A stretch of DNA of 64,000 bases, taken from contig NW_003314399.1 of assembly GCF_000143415.4 (NCBI RefSeq), forward strand, positions 205,428 through 269,427, given 5' to 3'. The notes beneath the pieces are model-generated. The model did no database searches. It was not told the DNA's origin and worked only from the letters and a program-made list of their open reading frames with translations. The DNA comes from Selaginella moellendorffii (taxonomy: Eukaryota > Plantae > Lycopodiophyta). Each line of letters starts with the position of its first letter. The first letter of the stretch is position 1. The position numbers and the translations under genes are program-made. Below are positions 49,810 through 61,315 of the stretch, piece after piece.

Positions 49810-50907
49810 TCACCGGATACAATTCCCTGGGAGCAAGAACTTGAAACGGTGGGCATTCCTAAGCAGGAATGCCGGCAGATGGATAGCAGAGAAGCTCCGG
49901 GGTACATCGCCCATCTTGTGGATGAGCTCCCTGTATGAATACTCCTCGGGCAGCATTCCATACAGGTCCCCACCCCGGCACACAATCCCCTGGATCCTTC
50001 TCTCCTCCAGAAACTCCGCCCGCCTGACCCGGTCGGCGTGGCTGTAGGACATCATCTTGAAGGCGATGTCCCGGGCCGTGCGGAGGCAAAAGCTACAGTG
50101 CCACCCCGACGTGGCCAGCATCGCGTCTGTCCATCGGTGGTGCCCATACTGCTTGTTCCAGCCGTAGACGTGCACGGATGCCCGCCAGCTCCCGGTGTCC
50201 ACGAGGAAGTCGAACGAGTAGAGGAAGTTTTGGAGCTGCAAGTGAAGGATCGGTGGGGGTCCGTCGCAGCTCCGGAGGAGATCTATGGTGTGGCCACTGT
50301 CAGTGTCGGACATGATCAAGAGGTCTCCCGGTTGGATCCCGGATTGTTGGATCAAGAGGTTCATGAAGCCCCGCTGCCGCGACTCGTTGTCGAAGGGGTG
50401 GGGACTCCGGCCTTTTGGGACGGCGGAATAGCCGAGCTTGTGCTGGGCGAAGGCGAATCGGTCGCTCTTGTTGCGAGCGTCTCTGAAGAACAGAGGCTTT
50501 GAATTGCCAGTGAAAGAGCCGTCGGACTCGATCAGCAAGAACTTGGTCACGTACGGATCCAGCTCTCTCCACCTGATCTCCAGGAGATCGATCTCGTTGT
50601 TGAAGATCACGGCATCGAAGACGCGCCGGGGAGTTTGCTTGAGAGTCCATCCATGCAAGCCACAGAGCTCTTGCATTGACAGGTTTTGGGCGTAGTAGTG
50701 AGTGATCATGTTGAAAGGCTTGGGAGGAGTGTCCCATAACGGCCGGAGAAAGTACGTGACAGAGTGCCAGTTGGAGACAACAACTAGAGAAACCAAAGTG
50801 CTCGATGCAACTATCAAACCTGCCAGTAGCAAAACTTTTGATCTCACCATGATCAACATGGTCTCCAGCAAGCTCGAGTGCTCTGGCTGATTCCCCGCTA
50901 AGGTCAT
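49810..50907 (-). CDS. GT17 beta-1,4-N-acetylglucosaminyltransferase (GnT-III-like), type II membrane protein
   Basis: N-terminal TM; YFLRPLWD; RRVFDAVIFNNEIDLLEIRWREL; GWHCSFC; YSHADRV; C-terminal FLLPGNC. Confidence 0.93.
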   Translation of the reverse strand: MTLAGNQPEHSSLLETMLIMVRSKVLLLAGLIVASSTLVSLVVVSNWHSVTYFLRPLWDTPPKPFNMITHYYAQNLSMQELCGLHGWTLKQTPRRVFDAVIFNNEIDLLEIRWRELDPYVTKFLLIESDGSFTGNSKPLFFRDARNKSDRFAFAQHKLGYSAVPKGRSPHPFDNESRQRGFMNLLIQQSGIQPGDLLIMSDTDSGHTIDLLRSCDGPPPILHLQLQNFLYSFDFLVDTGSWRASVHVYGWNKQYGHHRWTDAMLATSGWHCSFCLRTARDIAFKMMSYSHADRVRRAEFLEERRIQGIVCRGGDLYGMLPEEYSYRELIHKMGDVPRSFSAIHLPAFLLRNAHRFKFLLPGNCIR

Positions 50908-51029
50908 TCGCTTTTGTCCAAAAGTCTTCTACTCTTTTAACATGTACACAAATTGCAAAAAACTCTGTTCATTTGCGAAAAGACTTTCGTGAAATACAAT
51001 ATGATGACACGTTTCTAGCATTTGAGATC

Positions 51030-51830
51030 GAGACGTAAACGGATGCACACGATGCATGAACTTCAGGCCATGTTGGCAATGAGCTCCCCGGGATCCATTA
51101 ACCGCCCAGTTTGCAGCAATGCTCCAATATGGGATTGATCAAGTAGTCCAGCCCTTTAAGGGAATGTGCTACGAGCATAACGTTCCAACGGTCAAACTGA
51201 CCATTTTTAGCGCAGGACGTGGCCAGTTCGATAAGAAGTCCTCAGTTTCGTTTATATGCCCCATTTGGGCAAGCACTGTGATTTCCAGAATCCACGACAC
51301 TGCATCTCGCGCTGGGATGAAAGAATCCAGGTGTAAGCATCATCCACCTTCCTGACCTCGCGGAGGAGCCTATAATCGTGCTCCACGTCGCGGTGGTTCT
51401 TTGTGGCATTATCTTGAAGAGTTCTTTTGCCAACTCCAGATGCCCGTTCTGGGCATTAGATGTAAGCATGCAGTTCCAGCACACGGCATCCCGGTCGCCC
51501 ATTCTCTCAAACATGTCGTGCAAACGGTCGAGATAGCCGGCGCGGGCGTCGTGGTCTATCATTTTCCTCCACGATATGGAATCTGGGCCTTGAGTCGATC
51601 AAACAGGTTTCTCGCATCCTCGAGGCGCCCATTCTCGGCAAGCGCCGCGATGGTCACATTCCACGCGCAATGCCTGGGCTTGGCGAGGGCTCTCCGGGCC
51701 ATTCTCCGGGCTGCCGCATTTGCCATACATGCGGATGAGTTGATCGTTGTCTCGATGCCTTGTTGTAGCGATGTGAGCGTGCCTCTGCCAAATTCTTGGA
51801 ATCGCTGTAAGATCGGACCAAACGCAGCAA
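51030..51830 (-). pseudogene. PLS-PPR pseudogene, paralog of 25330-26160 in inverted orientation
   Basis: LIRMYGKCG and DAVCWNCMLTSNAQNGHLELAKELF fragments; e.g. AACATGGCCTGAAGTTCATGCATCG is shared with ~26038. Confidence 0.85.
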
Positions 51831-52479
51831 GAAATCATCCGGAGTGCGTCCATACATAAATCATAATAACAGTAAAAACAAACGAAAGATCTTAGATTCA
51901 AATCTGAGTTACCTCAGTAGATAAAAAAAATTATTGGCAGAGACCCAACTAAAACTTTTAGTTTTTGAGAGTTTCTGGAATGGGAAAGAGAATGAGAGGG
52001 ATTGACTTTGTCACTGGTGACATGAGAGTGTTTGCTAGCAGAACTTTTGCATGGAATTGAGTATTGCTCTTCAACTGTCCTGTCAGACTACAAGCATTAT
52101 CTAGAGATTTCATGCATTTTGCCTGGATTTCTCAGCAAGATGATCTTTGATCCATTCTAACAAAAACTCTTTGCATTTGTCAAGGTTAATCTTCGTCACA
52201 GCTTTGAAGTTAAGTACTCAATCACTGGGCACTAGCAGCTGTTTAAGATCCCCAATCTGCAACATCTTTGCTAACAAACACTCCTAAACTCTCATGTGAT
52301 ACTTCTCACCAATGCCTGAATCTCGGGTACTGATCTGTGCTGTGGAGTTTTGCAAGTGAATAAATGCTCATAATCTTTTTCCTTGTTATTGCTAGGAAAC
52401 TTGGAGCTCTTCCAAAGAACACTTCGCAAGAGATTAGGTGCCTTGATGAGCAACTTCTCTACAGAAATTACTCTGTCCG

Positions 52480-52660
52480 TGAGCGCCATCGCCGCCAGCC
52501 GGAGCTACAAGGGACTCACGGTTTTTCGGACGTTCTCGCCGGATCACTACATCGGGGGGTCGTGGAACACGGGAGGGTCGTGCACGGGGATCACGAAGCC
52601 TCTCACGGACAACGAGGTGAAAAGGATTGGCAGTTCTGCGCCATGCCCGCCCAATGAGAG
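52480..52660 (+). pseudogene. Isolated exon fragment of a TBL/PC-esterase (trichome birefringence-like) gene
   Basis: YKGLTVFRTFSPDHYIGGSWNTGGSC matches the TBL RTxSPxH...W..GG.C motif; no GDS or DxxH exons nearby. Confidence 0.7.
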
Positions 52661-53015
52661 AGACTGCGATTCATGTCAAAATTAGAGATACGTTAAGAAG
52701 CTTTGGGAACTTGTTGGATATCTGGCTAGAATAAAGAAAATTGTTGGTAAGGTTCCAGGTTCGAATCCACAGCCAGAGACCCACCTAAAATCTTTTTTTC
52801 AGAGCGCAAAGTCGCTACAGATGGAGCTCGAAGTCTCCGGGCCTTGAGTTTTGAAATCGATCTCTATTTCGATCGATCGACCTGGGCCCGGTCCCGGCTT
52901 TGTGGAGGAAGCTCTCCTCGCCGCTAGTAATTCGAAGTCAATGATAGTCAACGTTGTCAAGTAAAAGTCATAGTAAACGGTCAAGTTCGTTAGCTCTTTG
53001 CTAGGGTTTAAACGG

Positions 53016-55787
53016 ATGTGCTCTCGATCGGTCCTGGTATTCCGTCGCCATGGAGCGGCAGGGCATCGGATGATCTCCACTGCCGCGCAACAGGTCAGGC
53101 TCCCTCGATCCTCTCCTCCTGGCGGCGACGAATCCCTGGAGCTAGCACAGAATGTAGTCTTTCCCGAGAGGAAATTTCCCCTCTACAAGCGCCGCGCGAC
53201 GCCCGAGAGCGATCACTTCGTGAATCTAGGTGCCGCGGTGAAGCAGCTGGATTACATGGTCGACTCCGGCGCCTATGCGTGCCTCCTCAAGCGCTGCTGC
53301 GGCCCCGCGGCGCTGGAAGATGGGAGGAGAATCCACGAGCACATCGTCAGCCATGGCCGCGGGGACGATGTCTACCTCGGCAATCTCCTCATCCAGATGT
53401 ATGGGCTGTGCAAGAGCGTGAGGGAGGCGAACAGGGTCTTCCGGCGGATGAAGGAGAAGAATGGCCACACTTGGAGCTTTCTCATCGCGGCAAATGCCGT
53501 GAATGGGCATTGCAAGAAGGCGCTGGAGATCTACTACCGGATGCTCCAGCACGGTGTGAGGCCCCAGGAGAGGACTTTCACGACGCTGGTGGCGGTGTGT
53601 GGGAGCTTTGACGCTGTTCCGCAGGGAAGGATGATACACTCGCAGATCGAAGAGGTGGGCTATGGTTCCTTGGTGGAGGTGGCGAACTCGCTCGTCAAGA
53701 TGTATGGAAAGTTTCGGCTGCTGGACACCGCTGTTGGTGTCTTCGAGACCATTCCTTGCAAGAACCTGACGAGCTACTCGGCTATGGTGACGGCCTTTGC
53801 GAAGTGTGGGAAGCTGCGTGACGCGATGCGTTGTTTCGACAGTATGTGGAGAGCGGGCTGGGAGCCGAGCTTGATTATCTTCACGACTATCCTCGGGGTT
53901 TGTGCGGAGCTTGGAGAGCTCGAGTACGGTCGTGACGTTCACGGCATGATCGCAGAGGTAGGACTTTGCAACGTTCACAATCTTAAGGTCTCACTGTTTG
54001 ATATGTATTCAAGGTGCGGGGAGCTTGAGGAAGCGAAGAAGATCTTCGACAGCTTCCAGAGCATTGGGCCGACTTCGGTAAACAAGATGATCGCAGCGTA
54101 TGCACTCAAAGACCAGCACAAGCTCGCAGTGGAGGTATTTAATCGCTTCCATGGTTTCTCGCAAGCAACCGATGTGAATACTTTTATCAGCCTGCTTGGG
54201 ACGTGTGATAGCGTTGCCAAGGCCAAGGAGGTGTACAAGAAGCTGCGAGAGAGCGGGCTCAAAGATACACTACGCTTTGAGAACTCACTTATCAGCAGGC
54301 TTGGCAGGCTGGGAGCTGTTGCCTACGCACGAAAGCTGCTGGGAAAAATGCCCGAGAGGAACGTTGTTTCGTGGAGCGCCATGATCGCAGCGTATGTACA
54401 AAACGGCTACTCTGACGAAGCTCTGGTGGCTCTGCAAGAGATGGATCTGGAAGGCGTCAAGCCGAACAACATCACTTTCACGAGCTTGGTGGACGCCATC
54501 GACGACGAGGTAAGCGCGCGAGCTATGCAAAACCGGATTTTTACGTCTGGGGAGGTTGAGGTGGACGACTTCCTCTACAACGCTGTCCTGAGGATGTGCC
54601 TGAAGTTCCACTGCATCGACGAGGCAAGAGGCATCTTCGAGAGCGCGAAGAACAAGGATGTTGTTACTTGGACAACTATGATAGCCGCAGCCTCGGAAGA
54701 CGGTCGTAGCAGGGAAGCATTCTCGCTGTTCCGCCGGATGGAACTCGAGGGAGTGAAGCCGACGTCTGTCACGTTCATGAGCCTCCTCGACGCCTGCTCC
54801 AGCGCCACTTTGGAAGCTCTCCACGAACGCGTCGTAGCCGAAGGCCACACGCATTCCAGCGCTCTACTTTGCACTGCTCTGGTAAAAGTCTACGGGAAGC
54901 ACAACCAGCTGGAGAGAGCAAGAGGCCTCTTTGACGAAATGGAGAGCAAAGACGTCGTCTCATGGACATCGATGATACGAGGCTACATCGAGCAGGAACA
55001 GGGGAGCAAAGCTCTGTCTTTGTTCCGGCAGATGGAGCTGGAAGGCGTGAAACCGAGCCAGATCACTCTCGTCAGCATGCTCGCCGCTTGCTCGCTGGAG
55101 AACTCCCTCCGCGAAGGCAGGAAGATCCAAGCCCAGCTCCTGGCAGCCGGAGGCGAGCACAACCCCGTCGCTGGCAACGAGCTCGTCAACATGTATGGCC
55201 AGTGCGGGAGCCTGGACGAGGCGAGAAGCGTCTTTAACACTCTCCGCGAGCGAGGAGTAGCGGCATGGACGTCGATGATCGCGGCTTACTCCAAGTCCGG
55301 CCGCGGCAAAGAGGCCGTGAAGATGCTGAGATACATGGGAATGGAGGGCGTCAAACCAAACAGGATGACGCTCTCGACGCTCCTCTCGGCTTGCGGACAC
55401 TCGGGCCTCGCAAACGAAGCGTGGGAGTGTTTCATCTTTGTCGAAAAGGACTGTGGAGTGACGCTAACTTCCGAGCAGTATGGCTCTATGATCGACGTCC
55501 TGGGACGAGCCGGAGAGATGGATCAAGCTCGAGTTCTTCTCAACAACATGCCTTGCAAGGCCGACGCGAAGATCTGGACGAATTTTTTGGGAGCTTGCCG
55601 GATCCACAAAAACTTGGAGCTGGGAGCTCAAGCCGCGGAAGCGCTGATGAGGATAGAGCCCGGGAATCCCAGTCCGTACGTGCTTCTAGCGAGGATGTAC
55701 GGCGAGGCTGGGAATAGAGACAAGGAGGTGGAGGTGCTGGCCACAATGGAGTATCGTGGGATAATTCCCTCCAAGGGTGTAAAGTAA
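53016..55787 (+). CDS. PLS-class PPR protein with E domain, no DYW; probably organelle-targeted
   Basis: ~923-aa intronless ORF; Arg/Ser-rich N-terminus; many PLS repeats; LSACGHSG, IDVLGRAG, PYVLLARMY. Confidence 0.94.
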   Translation: MCSRSVLVFRRHGAAGHRMISTAAQQVRLPRSSPPGGDESLELAQNVVFPERKFPLYKRRATPESDHFVNLGAAVKQLDYMVDSGAYACLLKRCCGPAALEDGRRIHEHIVSHGRGDDVYLGNLLIQMYGLCKSVREANRVFRRMKEKNGHTWSFLIAANAVNGHCKKALEIYYRMLQHGVRPQERTFTTLVAVCGSFDAVPQGRMIHSQIEEVGYGSLVEVANSLVKMYGKFRLLDTAVGVFETIPCKNLTSYSAMVTAFAKCGKLRDAMRCFDSMWRAGWEPSLIIFTTILGVCAELGELEYGRDVHGMIAEVGLCNVHNLKVSLFDMYSRCGELEEAKKIFDSFQSIGPTSVNKMIAAYALKDQHKLAVEVFNRFHGFSQATDVNTFISLLGTCDSVAKAKEVYKKLRESGLKDTLRFENSLISRLGRLGAVAYARKLLGKMPERNVVSWSAMIAAYVQNGYSDEALVALQEMDLEGVKPNNITFTSLVDAIDDEVSARAMQNRIFTSGEVEVDDFLYNAVLRMCLKFHCIDEARGIFESAKNKDVVTWTTMIAAASEDGRSREAFSLFRRMELEGVKPTSVTFMSLLDACSSATLEALHERVVAEGHTHSSALLCTALVKVYGKHNQLERARGLFDEMESKDVVSWTSMIRGYIEQEQGSKALSLFRQMELEGVKPSQITLVSMLAACSLENSLREGRKIQAQLLAAGGEHNPVAGNELVNMYGQCGSLDEARSVFNTLRERGVAAWTSMIAAYSKSGRGKEAVKMLRYMGMEGVKPNRMTLSTLLSACGHSGLANEAWECFIFVEKDCGVTLTSEQYGSMIDVLGRAGEMDQARVLLNNMPCKADAKIWTNFLGACRIHKNLELGAQAAEALMRIEPGNPSPYVLLARMYGEAGNRDKEVEVLATMEYRGIIPSKGVK

Positions 55788-56092
55788 GATTAGTGTTTTT
55801 ACTGCTAAGGGTGTAAAAGGGAGGTCTTTGTTTCGCAATTTAGGGCTCTTGAGCGCAAGCTCGTTCATTCTCCCGCAGCGGCATTGGATTTGATGCAGCG
55901 CCTGGAGAAGAAGGTAATCTCTTGCGTCGATCGAGGATTTCGTGGTTCTGCTCGAGGATTGAGGTAGATTTTGAGACATTCTCAGCTGGAGCGCTTCGTC
56001 TAGATGATCCGGATTGCTTGGTTTGAGAGATAGTAGAATAGATTTCGCGTTACTGCTTCCATTGATCTATTATATCGTTTTTAGATTGAGTG

Positions 56093-57978
56093 ATGGCGAA
56101 CGAAAGGCCTGGAGCATTTCGAGCCTTTCTTCGAGCGAGCCGGAGGTGGTTCCTGGACGAGAGCAACGATGACGAGGAGGAGACCGAGGCCCAGGCAAGA
56201 AGTCAAGGGCCTTTGCAAAACGTGCTCTCCCAGGAGATAAACATGGCCACATCCGCCAGCGATGAGACTTTGAAGCGAGCTCGAGCAAAAAATGGTAGAA
56301 CAGTCAACACGGTGTCCATGCTCGCGGGGAGAGAGATCAACTCTTCGAAGAATGGGAAGTTCTCTCGTGCCGAGGCGTGTCACGTCTCTTCGAGGATTTT
56401 GCCGGACAAGGGACCCGAGATACTGGAGCGAAAGAGCAGTCGGCTTTACATCAGCCAGTTCTCCAACGATGGATCGCTTTTCATTGCTGGCTTTCAGGTA
56501 AGCGAGGCTCTTTTTTCGTTCTTTTTTTTTGTTTCTTTTGGATTGCAGCTCGGTTTTGATTTCTGCCAGTGATTGTTTTCTTGTTTCCAGGACCGGACAA
56601 TTGTGGTCTATGATGCTGATAACAACTGGACTATCCACAAGAGAGTGAAAGCTCGTAACATGAATTGGACAATCACTGACACGGCTCTCTCCCCGGACCA
56701 ACGATTCCTGGTCTGTGTTGTTCACTCCTTCACTAGAACTCTATCACTGTCCTCTTACAGGTCTATGCGTCTATAACTCCTGTTGTGTTCCTTGTGAATC
56801 TTGGAAACGAAACTGGTGGAATAGATTCTCTGGCGAACGTGACTGTAAGTTTTTATTCTTTCTTTGTTTTCAATATGTGACCATGGTGTTTGCTTAACCA
56901 GGATATCCACGAAGGGCTTTCGCTCAGCTCATACGATGACGACGGGGATTTTGGAATTTGGTCACTGAAATTCTCGCAGGATGGGAATGAGATCGTGGCC
57001 GGCAGTAACGACAACTGTATCTACGTCTACGACTTGAACTCCGCGACTACAACGTATCGGGTTTCGGCGCACAACGTAAGTGAAAGAAAAGTTGGAAAGC
57101 AACGAGTATTAGTGATCGGCTTCTACAGGACGAAGTGAATACGGTTGCGTTTGCGGATGAGAGTAGCCACCTTATCTATTCGGGAAGTGATGACTACCTT
57201 TGCAAGGTGATTTTTTTCCTTCAAACTCGAAGCCACTTACTCTGTGTTTCCAGGTATGGGATAGAAGATGCTTCTCAGCAAACAACAAACCCGCCGGAGA
57301 GCTCGTTGGCCATCTCGGGGGAGTGACTTCCATAGACAGCCGAGGAGACGGGCGGCATTTCATTTCCAACAGCAAGGACCAGTCGATAAAGCTTTGGGAC
57401 ATACGCACAATGTCCGGTGGATCCAAGTACGTGAAACACAGTTTTTTCCATTCCTGTATTTGCAGCTCGGCTTTCGCTGGATGCCAGGAAAAGTTTCGAA
57501 CGCGCGCAGGTCCCGAGAATCCGGTGGGATTACAGATGCATGAGAGTCCCTCCTCGCCTGCGCACTGTTGCGCATCCGGGCGATGAGTCGCTCATGACAT
57601 ACAAGGGACACGAGGTTCTCCAGACATTGATCCGGTGCTACTTCTCTCCTCGCATCAGGTAAACAAAGTGTGAGAAGTTCTTTCTCAATGCCTGGACTTG
57701 TTCTTCCAGCACGGGCCAGAAGTATATCTACACCGGCTCTTACGACGGCACCGTCCATATCTACGATGTGGTGAGCAGAAGCTCTTCTTCTTTTCGTCTC
57801 TAAAGGTTTGATTTTTCTTTCTTTCTAGGTGACCGGGCACACAGCGGCGACTCTCTCGTTCCACAACCATCCCGTGAGAGATTGTAGCTGGCATCCATGG
57901 CAACCAGTATTGGTAAGCTCCTGCTGGGGTGGAAACCTGGTAAAGTGGGATCACGACCCCAGATCGATGGATTTCTAG
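56093..57978 (+). CDS. WD40 protein LEC14B / DCAF11 (WDR23) homolog, multi-exon
   Basis: MLAGRE; YISQFSNDGSLFIAGFQ; WTITDTALSPDQRFL; IYSGSDDYLCKVWDRR; IDSRGDGRHFISNSKDQSIKLWDIR; YKGHEVLQTLIRCYFSP. Confidence 0.94.
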
Positions 57979-58626
57979 AAAAGAAAAACAGGAAGGAAAA
58001 ACGAAAGCGTGTAAATTACTGGCAAGGACCTTTGTTCCGAGTCTCGGCTGGAAGGACTAATAAGTAAAATTGGCCTGGAAGCCGCGACCATAGAATTTTG
58101 GAGCGTATTGAATAAACAGCCAGATAAACATTCTTGCCACTTCAAACTCTCAAGCAAGATCCTAAAATTCCTCGGTTTCTTGGGGTTTAGGTGCTCTTCT
58201 TGCTATTGTGATTGATTGATTGTTTGAAGTGCTTGAGCAAGCGATGGTCTAGCATAGACGATGATTCCCCTGTTTCCAGCTCTTCCTCCCGACAATCATT
58301 GCTTTGATTTGGCGTTGTTTCGCGAAAAATCAAACGTTTTCTCCTCCCGGTCGAAGCAATTCCATCCATTTCACGCGAATTTGTCTTTGGAATCGAGTCC
58401 CAAAACAGAGCATCTTCGTTTTTAAAATTTAGGGCTCCTCGCTTTAAGTTTGGCGACCAAATGTTCTCTCCCCGTTAACCAAGAAGACACGCATTGCTCG
58501 CACGCTGATAGGTTTTTGCGATATCTCTGCGTGGAGAGAAAGAAAGGGGCGATCCCCTCGACTGGTAAGCTCGACATCCATTTCGTTTGTCACGTTTTTG
58601 GACTGTTTGCCCGGATTCTCAAACAG

Positions 58627-59479
58627 ATGGAGCGATTGATTCCATTGCTTCTTCTTTGTCTCCTCATCGGCAATGTAGCATCGATGAAGAAACCCGGAGA
58701 GGTAAGGTTCTCTATCCTCTTTGATCCTCTCCTTTTCCTCGCGGAGTTTCTCGACTTAGATCATCAATCATTCTTCGAGTTCTAGCTCAAGAAGATCTCC
58801 TTTTGCAAACAACGATCAAGAGTCTCGCTGTCAAGGATTGTAAGATCCATGCCTAGTTAAGATCATGCCTTGATTTCGCTGCTCGCAGCGTGCATTTATT
58901 TTCACGAGCGAGAGAGAGAGAGAGTGATTGAAAACATTGACGACGACTGCTCTTTGAGAGAAACCACTCCCTGGATCATGTGTTTTTGTGCCAGCATTGA
59001 TTCTCATTGACATAAAGAAAAGAGTAAAAACTCTCACGAGAAAATCCAACGAAAATGCCCGGTTGACGAGAGGAGCGTAGCGAAGAACCATTTGCTGCTT
59101 TGCTTGATTATCTTTCACTCGACCTCATTTTGCTTTTGAAAATTCGCAGATTGTGGAGGACAAGGAGCTCCTGGACGATGAATTCGATAGCAGCGAGAGG
59201 CAAGACTATCAGCAAGTCGATCCAAAGCCAAAGCTCCAGTCTCCAGTCCAGCCAGGCCCGGTGGAGCATCTCAAGCCTCTTCCACCATTCGGCTCGTCCC
59301 CGCATGCAGCTCCTCCATCTCCACCACCTCGATCGCCGCCACCTCCCACCACCGCCGCTCCGCCACCATCGCCACCGTCCAAGCCCGACAATCCCACTGT
59401 TCCAATCTCCACTGGCTCTTCTTCATCGTTTCCTCCGTCACCTTCTGGAGGCTCGACGATTATCACTCCACCACCTTGA
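58627..59479 (+). CDS. Secreted proline-rich (HRGP/extensin-like) protein, ~152 aa; exons 58627-58701, 58786-58839, 59150-59479
   Basis: Signal peptide MERLIPLLLLCLLIGNVAS; phase-0 GT-AG introns join in frame; SPPP/SPPPP-rich tail. Confidence 0.72.
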
Positions 59480-59555
59480 GAATTCTCTATATTTTTCTCG
59501 AAGTGTTCTAATAACATAGCACCTAGAATATACAAAGAGGAAAAAATGGTATACT

Positions 59556-60472
59556 CTATATGCTCCACAGGAGCAGGGCCAGTGCACCAAAGACGAGATT
59601 TTTGGCGTGGAATTGCAGTTGTGATCCTGCGCATGACGAGGAAAAATTGGTTTTGTTTTCCCGTTTGGAGAAATAGAAAACTCACCAGCGTTTGTATCTG
59701 ACAAAGTGGAGGAGCTGTTGCTGCCTGGCGATGAAGGTGAGGAACTCGGGCCGAGGTTTATTCCAAGCTGGTTGCAATCAGCACCAATGCTACCTAAATC
59801 GAAAAGAAAAATCGAATTTTTTTTGTTCAAGGACGACATCTATAGAAAACTTACAATCCGCAACGCAAATTCCAGACGGTGAGTTGAGGAGATTTCCGTA
59901 GCCTTCGTAGCACCGGCATGTATAACTATTGTTGCCGTTTTGCTTGATGCAATCGCCTTCACCGCATACCTTGTACGAGCAAGCTGGAAAAAAGAAAAAA
60001 GTATGAAAAGTGAGCAAAACCGAAGAACAAAGGAGTTTTTTTTTTTCTTACGATTGAAGATGTCGAAGCTCGGTGAATTATCATGTGAGGCATCATCTGC
60101 TTTGTTAGTCTTGGCACAACTCATATTGAAATCACCTGCGAGAGAGAAGAAGCAAATCTGAGAAGAACTTGGATGAAATCCAAAACCGGGAGTGAAAACG
60201 CTTGCTTACACTTCGGGATGGCGCAGCTCAACGCAGACATTCCCAGGATATTGGACCATCCATCCTTGCACACGCACTTCACAGGTGGGAATCCACTCAC
60301 TTCCACACAGTCCCCTTGGATGCAATTGTAATCGTCACAAGCTCCACCATCTACAAATCACATAAGATCATGAGCACACAAAAAGGACTAGCGAAATCAT
60401 ACCAGCGAGAAGTGGTGCCCATAGAAATCCAAGAGCCACGATCGCCACGAAGCCCACATACTTGAGCGCCAT
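59556..60472 (-). CDS. Secreted Cys-rich EGF-like protein with predicted GPI-anchor signal, multi-exon
   Basis: Signal MALKYVGFVAIVALGFLW; CVCKDGW, CSYKVCGEGDC, YTCRCYEGYGNLLN; Ser-rich linker; hydrophobic C-terminus NLVFGALALLLWSI*. Confidence 0.85.
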
Positions 60473-61315
60473 AGCTGCTTTAAACGAAGAAAAAACTACA
60501 CTCGCAGTAGAAAAAGAGTGACTTTTTATACAAATGCGAAGGACAGTGGAGTCTCCAGCGCAAATCGGGCCCTGCGGAGAACTTTGAGAGCGACCCACCG
60601 GAGAAAAACTTGGTTCTTTTCAAGCCCAGCTTCTTCTTTCTCGTGGAAACCTATCGATCAAGCAGCAGCCGGGATCATCAAAGACGCGCCCCCGAAACAA
60701 ACTCTCGGAATTTAGCAAAGAGGAGCACACGCACTCGCTCGCGTGTTGATTCATCACTCGCGCTGACATAAATCCGCCCACTGCTGATGTTAACAACAAC
60801 GCGACGCGGATCAAGGACAAACTCCCAGCTCCGCCACGTCACTTGGCCGCCGCCGACGTGGACAATCCCACGGCCCAGATCCTGCTACGTAACCCCACCG
60901 TGGCGCGCAACCATTCGCTTGAATTCTACCGCGCTACAGGGTGTTTGGTGCGCTGCCATGAATGCGTGTCCAAAGTCAGCACCGTGGATTGACATGGCAG
61001 CATCATCACCGTCCAGTCCCCACATGAGACAGCGATGTGCTTATTTGCTAAGCAGTGAGGAATTTTTTTTTGCTATTGTCCCAATTTCATAAGAACAATT
61101 GAAATGTTGGAACAATATCGTTATTATTACATGCTTAAGATCATTAATATTGAAGCAAGATTGATTAGCTCTTGGAACACGATTGAAATGGAACAATATT
61201 ATTGAGAGCATTAGGAGTCGTATAAAATCGAGCCACCGAGATAGGATAAGATGGAAAGAGTACAAATAATCGAGAGATTGGTAGAAGATAAGACGATATA
61301 TATCGAAGATGGTCA

